Of a DNA stretch of 24,000 bases, positions 20,701 to 24,000 are shown piece after piece. The translations under genes were made by a program, and so were the position numbers. The stretch comes from Rhodocyclaceae bacterium (lineage in GTDB: Bacteria > Pseudomonadota > Gammaproteobacteria > Burkholderiales > Rhodocyclaceae). Where the stretch lies: contig JBNKCS010000003.1 of assembly GCA_050287865.1 (NCBI GenBank), forward strand, positions 1,711-25,710, in the 5' to 3' direction. A model generated the notes under the pieces. That model was not told the origin of the DNA. It ran no database searches and worked only from the letters and a program-made list of their open reading frames with translations. Within the stretch, counting starts at the first letter, position 1. Each line of letters starts with the position of its first letter.

Positions 20701-21124
20701 AGACTTGTTGTGCCCTCTTGACGAACGATTCGACGAAGGTATCGGCAATGTGATGAAAAACCGGTCCCAGCGCCTTTTCGAGTATTTTGCTGGAAAACTC
20801 GTATTGCAGGCGAAATTCGACCTTGCAGGCGCTTTCGCCGAGCGGCGTGAATCGCCAGCCGCCCTCCATGCGCCGAAACGGCCCTTCGCGCAGCTCGATG
20901 TTCATCCAAAGCGGCGCCTGCTTGGCGTTCTCGGTGGCAAAATGCGCCTTGAGTCCGTGGTAGTTGATATGGATGCGCGCGGCGGTCTTGCCATCGGTGC
21001 GTTCCAGCAGTTCGGTACCACCGCACCACGGCAGGAACTCGGGATAGTCCTCGACGCGATCAACCAGATTGAACATCTGCGTCACTGTACGCTCGATCAG
21101 GACGGACTTTTCGACTGCGGCCAT
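20693..21124 (-). CDS. ratA: SRPBCC-family RatA/YfjG (COQ10-like, annotated as a type II toxin RatA)
   Basis: 143 aa. Polyketide-cyclase/SRPBCC pattern (MFNLVDRVEDYPEFLPWC...). Divergent from smpB as in E. coli. Confidence 0.85.
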   Translation of the reverse strand: MAAVEKSVLIERTVTQMFNLVDRVEDYPEFLPWCGGTELLERTDGKTAARIHINYHGLKAHFATENAKQAPLWMNIELREGPFRRMEGGWRFTPLGESACKVEFRLQYEFSSKILEKALGPVFHHIADTFVESFVKRAQQVYG

Positions 21125-21172
21125 GTCGCTTCGCTGGATTAGAATCCTTTGATTCTATCCCGCGTCCGTACC

Positions 21173-21622
21173 ATGAGCATCGTCGACAACAAGAAGGCCT
21201 TTCACGACTACTTCATCGAGGAGCGGTTCGAGGCCGGACTGACACTCGAAGGCTGGGAAGCCAAGTCGATCCGCGCCGGTCGGGCGCAGATCAAGGAGGC
21301 CTACGTCGTCGTCAAGGACGGCGAAATCTTCCTGATCGGCGCTCACATCAGCCCGCTTGCCCAAGCGTCGACGCATGTAAGCCACGACCCGGTTCGTACG
21401 CGCAAGCTGCTGCTGCATGCGCGCGAGATAAGCAAGCTGATCGGCAAGGTCGAACGCGCCGGTTACGCGCTGGTACCGCTCGACCTGCATTTCGCCAAGG
21501 GCCGGGTCAAGGTCGAAATCGGCCTGGCCAAAGGGAAGAAGCAATACGACAAGCGCGAAACCGAGAAACAGAAGGACTGGGTACGCGAAAAGGCTCGCAT
21601 GATGCGGTCCGCCGCCCGATAG
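21173..21622 (+). CDS. smpB: SsrA-binding protein SmpB
   Basis: 149 aa from ATG at 21173 ([17 protein letters not shown]...), full-length SmpB pattern. The TTG at 21149 in the ORF track is an unlikely extension. Confidence 0.93.
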   Translation: MSIVDNKKAFHDYFIEERFEAGLTLEGWEAKSIRAGRAQIKEAYVVVKDGEIFLIGAHISPLAQASTHVSHDPVRTRKLLLHAREISKLIGKVERAGYALVPLDLHFAKGRVKVEIGLAKGKKQYDKRETEKQKDWVREKARMMRSAAR

Positions 21623-21633
21623 CCTCTTGCAGG

Positions 21634-21657
21634 TGGCGTACCGCCACGGCTGACTTT
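21634..21657 (+). repeat. Copy 5 of the 24-nt element (TGGCGTACCGCCACGGCTGACTTT)
   Basis: Intergenic, starting 12 nt after the smpB stop. Its GGCTGAC segment pairs with GTCAGCC at 21662-21668. Confidence 0.85.
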
Positions 21658-21668
21658 TCGCGTCAGCC
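21648..21668. terminator. Weak 7-bp hairpin GGCTGAC-ttttcgc-GTCAGCC between convergent smpB and the SPFH gene
   Basis: Read directly from the sequence. The left arm is part of repeat copy 5 and the right arm overlaps the SPFH stop codon. There is no strong U-run on either strand. Confidence 0.35.
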
Positions 21669-22517
21669 CAGCTTGCCCAGCAGGCCGCGTACGGTTTCCT
21701 GAATATCCGCTGGCAGCAGGATCGTCTTGGCGTTTTGCGAATCAGCCAACTTGCTCATCGCGGTAATGTACTTCTCGCCGAGCATGTAACGCATCGGCGC
21801 CTCCTCCGTCCCGATGGCGGCAGTCACACGTTTGATAGCCTCGGCGCTTGCCGTTGCCAATGTAACGGCAGCATTGGCATCGCGCTGGGCCGATTCCAGC
21901 CGCGCTTCGGCCTGCAGGATCATCGACTGTTTTTCGCCCTCGGCCTGGGTCACCATGGCCTTGCGCTGACGCTCGGCTGCCGCCTGCATTTCCATGGCCT
22001 TCTGCATCGACGGCGACGGGTTAATATCCTGAATCTCGACCGATTTGACGGTCAGTCCCCAATCGATGGCTTCGTCGGAGATGCTTTCGCGCAGACGCGC
22101 CTTGATCTTGTCGCGGTTCGAGAGGGCCTCGTCGAGCTGCATTTCGCCGACGATGGACCGCAGCGTGGTCATGATCAGGTTGCGGATCGCCTCGGAAAAA
22201 TCGGTCACACCGTAGACCGCCTTGATCGGGTCGGTCACCTTGATGAAGGCGATGGCGTTGGTCAGGATCACCGCGTTGTCACGGGTAATGACCTCCTGCT
22301 CCTGCACATCGAGGATGATGTCCTTGGTGACAAGCTGATAAGCGACGCGATCAAGATAGGGAAGGATGATGTTAAGCCCAGGATGCAGCGTACTGTGGTA
22401 TTTGCCCAGACGCTCGACTATCCATTCCGTGCCCTGGGGAACGATGCGCACGCCCTTGAGCAGGGTGATAACGGCAAAAGCGATCAGCGCAACGACAACG
22501 ATAAAACCTTCGGTCAT
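21663..22517 (-). CDS. SPFH/band-7 (stomatin/paraslipin-like) membrane protein
   Basis: 284 aa. N-terminal TM helix, then an SPFH domain (GVRIVPQGTEWIVERLGKY...TRDNAVILTNAIAFIKV...) and an Ala/Gln-rich coiled coil. The start overlaps the NfeD stop (ATGA). Confidence 0.9.
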   Translation of the reverse strand: MTEGFIVVVALIAFAVITLLKGVRIVPQGTEWIVERLGKYHSTLHPGLNIILPYLDRVAYQLVTKDIILDVQEQEVITRDNAVILTNAIAFIKVTDPIKAVYGVTDFSEAIRNLIMTTLRSIVGEMQLDEALSNRDKIKARLRESISDEAIDWGLTVKSVEIQDINPSPSMQKAMEMQAAAERQRKAMVTQAEGEKQSMILQAEARLESAQRDANAAVTLATASAEAIKRVTAAIGTEEAPMRYMLGEKYITAMSKLADSQNAKTILLPADIQETVRGLLGKLG

Positions 22518-22957
22518 GACGTCCTCCCAACTTTCAGCAGACTGCCTTCAACTGCTATCACGCGAACCCGGTCACCCGCCCGGATCGCCTCGTCGGCGAT
22601 GCACGGCCAGGTATCCGTCCCCAGCAAGGGCTTCTGAAAACGCACTTCGCCCTTTTCGAATGGCGCCACATCGCGGGCCAGCAAGCCGATTTCACCGATC
22701 ATGGCAGGAGCCGACATGCCGATGCGCGTCTTGTGACGCTCCGGCCGGAATACCTTGAACCAGAGAAAGACCAGCACCAGTGAAACGACGAGCCAGACGC
22801 TCAACTGGGCAGTAACGCCGATGGCGGCCAACGCCACCACCAACGCAACGACCAAGGCGCCCAACCCGAACCAGACCAGCACGAAGGCCGGTACCGCCAG
22901 TTCGGCAAGGATCAGAACGATCCCCGCCACGGCCCAATGCCACCACTCCAGTTCCAT
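22514..22957 (-). CDS. NfeD-family membrane protein (YbbJ-like), partner of the SPFH protein
   Basis: 147 aa. Three predicted TM helices plus a C-terminal OB-fold-like soluble domain (GEVRFQKPLLGTDTWPCIADEAIRAGDRVRV). Canonical nfeD-SPFH operon arrangement. Confidence 0.85.
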   Translation of the reverse strand: MELEWWHWAVAGIVLILAELAVPAFVLVWFGLGALVVALVVALAAIGVTAQLSVWLVVSLVLVFLWFKVFRPERHKTRIGMSAPAMIGEIGLLARDVAPFEKGEVRFQKPLLGTDTWPCIADEAIRAGDRVRVIAVEGSLLKVGRTS

Positions 22958-22982
22958 GAGGCTGCCTCCCGAAACGGGTTGA

Positions 22983-24000
22983 TTATTTGTTGGCCAGTTT
23001 AAGCCAAGTATCCACCACTGTATCAGGGTTGAGGGAAATGCTCTGGATGCCTTGCTCCATCAGCCACTCGGCGAAATCGGCATGATCCGAGGGCCCCTGC
23101 CCGCAGATGCCGACATACTTCCCGAGCCGATTGGCGGTCGAAATCGCCATCGACAATAACTGCTTGACGGCGGGGTCGCGCTCGTCGAAGGCGTGCGCTA
23201 CCAACCCGGAGTCGCGATCGAGGCCAAGCGTCAGTTGCGTCAGATCGTTCGAGCCGATCGAGAAGCCGTCGAAGATTTCCAGAAACTGCTCCGCCAGCAG
23301 CGCGTTGGACGGAATCTCGCACATCATGATCAGGCGCAGTCCGTTCTCGCCCTGCTTGAGCCCATTTTCCGCCAACAAGTCGACAACGGCCCTGCCCTCT
23401 TCCAGATTGCGTACGAAGGGCACCATCAGTTCGACGTTGGTCAACCCGAGTTCGTTGCGCACCTTCTTCATGGCCCGGCATTCGAGTTCGAAGCAGTCGC
23501 GGAAGGAATGGGCGACATAGCGCGATGCACCGCGGAAACCCAACATCGGGTTTTCCTCCTCCGGCTCGAAAATGTCTCCGCCGAGCAACTTGCGGTACTC
23601 GTTCGACTTGAAATCGGACAGTCGCACGATCACGGGCTTCGGGTAGAACGCGGCGGCAATAGTGGCGACACCTTCGACCAGCTTCTCGACGAAGAAACCC
23701 TCCGGGCTGGCATAACCGCGCGCGCGACGGGAAATCTCGTCCCGCAGATTTTCCTTCATTTCGGAGAACTCGAGAATGGCTTTCGGGTGCACACCGATCA
23801 TGTTGTTGATGACAAACTCGACGCGCGCCAGGCCGACTCCGGCGTTCGGCGTCTGCGCAAACTCGAAGGCCAATTCGGGATTACCGACGTTCATCATGAC
23901 CTTCAAAGTCAGCGGTGGCAGCACGCCGACATCCTGGCTCGATATCTCATATTCGAGCGCACCGCGATAGACGTGGCCGGTATCGCCCTCGGCGCAACTG
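22983..24000 (-). CDS. ppsA: Phosphoenolpyruvate synthase, C-terminal part (5-prime end lies beyond the window)
   Basis: LKVMMNVGNPELAFEFAQTPNAGVGLARVEFVINNMIGVHP, GSNDLTQLTLGLDRDS and GICGQGPSD match the PpsA C-terminal PEP-utilising domain. The frame stays open to 24000 (CAEGDTGHVYRGALEYEISSQDVGV precedes the track M, which is an internal GTG). Confidence 0.93.
   Translation of the reverse strand, partial: SCAEGDTGHVYRGALEYEISSQDVGVLPPLTLKVMMNVGNPELAFEFAQTPNAGVGLARVEFVINNMIGVHPKAILEFSEMKENLRDEISRRARGYASPEGFFVEKLVEGVATIAAAFYPKPVIVRLSDFKSNEYRKLLGGDIFEPEEENPMLGFRGASRYVAHSFRDCFELECRAMKKVRNELGLTNVELMVPFVRNLEEGRAVVDLLAENGLKQGENGLRLIMMCEIPSNALLAEQFLEIFDGFSIGSNDLTQLTLGLDRDSGLVAHAFDERDPAVKQLLSMAISTANRLGKYVGICGQGPSDHADFAEWLMEQGIQSISLNPDTVVDTWLKLANK
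23905..23928 (-). repeat. Copy 6 (diverged, 21/24) of the 24-nt element (minus strand reads CGGCGTGCTGCCACCGCTGACTTT)
   Basis: Lies inside ppsA in sense orientation, in the same frame as copy 2. It encodes GVLPPLTL, versus GVPPRLTL in ygfZ. Confidence 0.55.

Noticed and set aside
20380-21124. RatA/RatB considered as a toxin-antitoxin or defence module
   Set aside because: This is a conserved housekeeping neighbourhood next to smpB. RatA is an SRPBCC/COQ10-like protein and RnfH is a ubiquitin-fold protein. There is no mobile-element context and no atypical composition.
21623-21662. Looked for ssrA (tmRNA) downstream of smpB
   Set aside because: Only 40 nt are available before the convergent SPFH stop, and there is no tRNA-like acceptor or T-arm sequence. 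tmRNA is not in this window.

Overview
High-GC (about 63-65% by eye) chromosomal housekeeping segment. Gene content and order (rne; mltG-tmk-holB-pilZ-tatD; guaBA; ratA-rnfH divergent from smpB) suggest a Betaproteobacterium, which is a low-confidence inference. I call 24 CDSs, one of them truncated at the window edge: RNase E, an LMW protein-tyrosine phosphatase, an IDH3-like isocitrate dehydrogenase, a secreted ankyrin-repeat protein, TatD, PilZ, HolB, Tmk, MltG, YgfZ, an NRDE-family protein, a signal-less YkuD(L,D-transpeptidase)-GNAT fusion, TadA, an orphan receiver-only response regulator, pyruvate-phosphate dikinase, a lipoprotein, GuaA, GuaB, a DUF4124 protein, RnfH, RatA, SmpB, an SPFH/NfeD pair, and the 3-prime part of PEP synthase. 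I found no rRNA, tRNA, tmRNA, CRISPR array, transposase, integrase or recognisable defence or mobile-element genes. The main signal not explained by gene content is a ~24-nt element, CGGCGT-RY-CGCCACGGCTGACTTT. It occurs six times on both strands, with five copies sharing an exact 13-nt core that extends to 16 nt in four of them. Copies lie inside four unrelated CDSs in three reading contexts and in two intergenic sites just downstream of stop codons. That distribution resembles a DNA-uptake-sequence-like or other genome-wide protein-recognition word. Secondary observations: a long rne leader with a reiterated CCCGAAGC motif and a perfect palindrome; an AT-rich terminator-like perfect palindrome inside the first 60 nt of the YkuD-GNAT ORF; a terminator embedded in a convergent CDS; and a 26-bp convergent CDS overlap.
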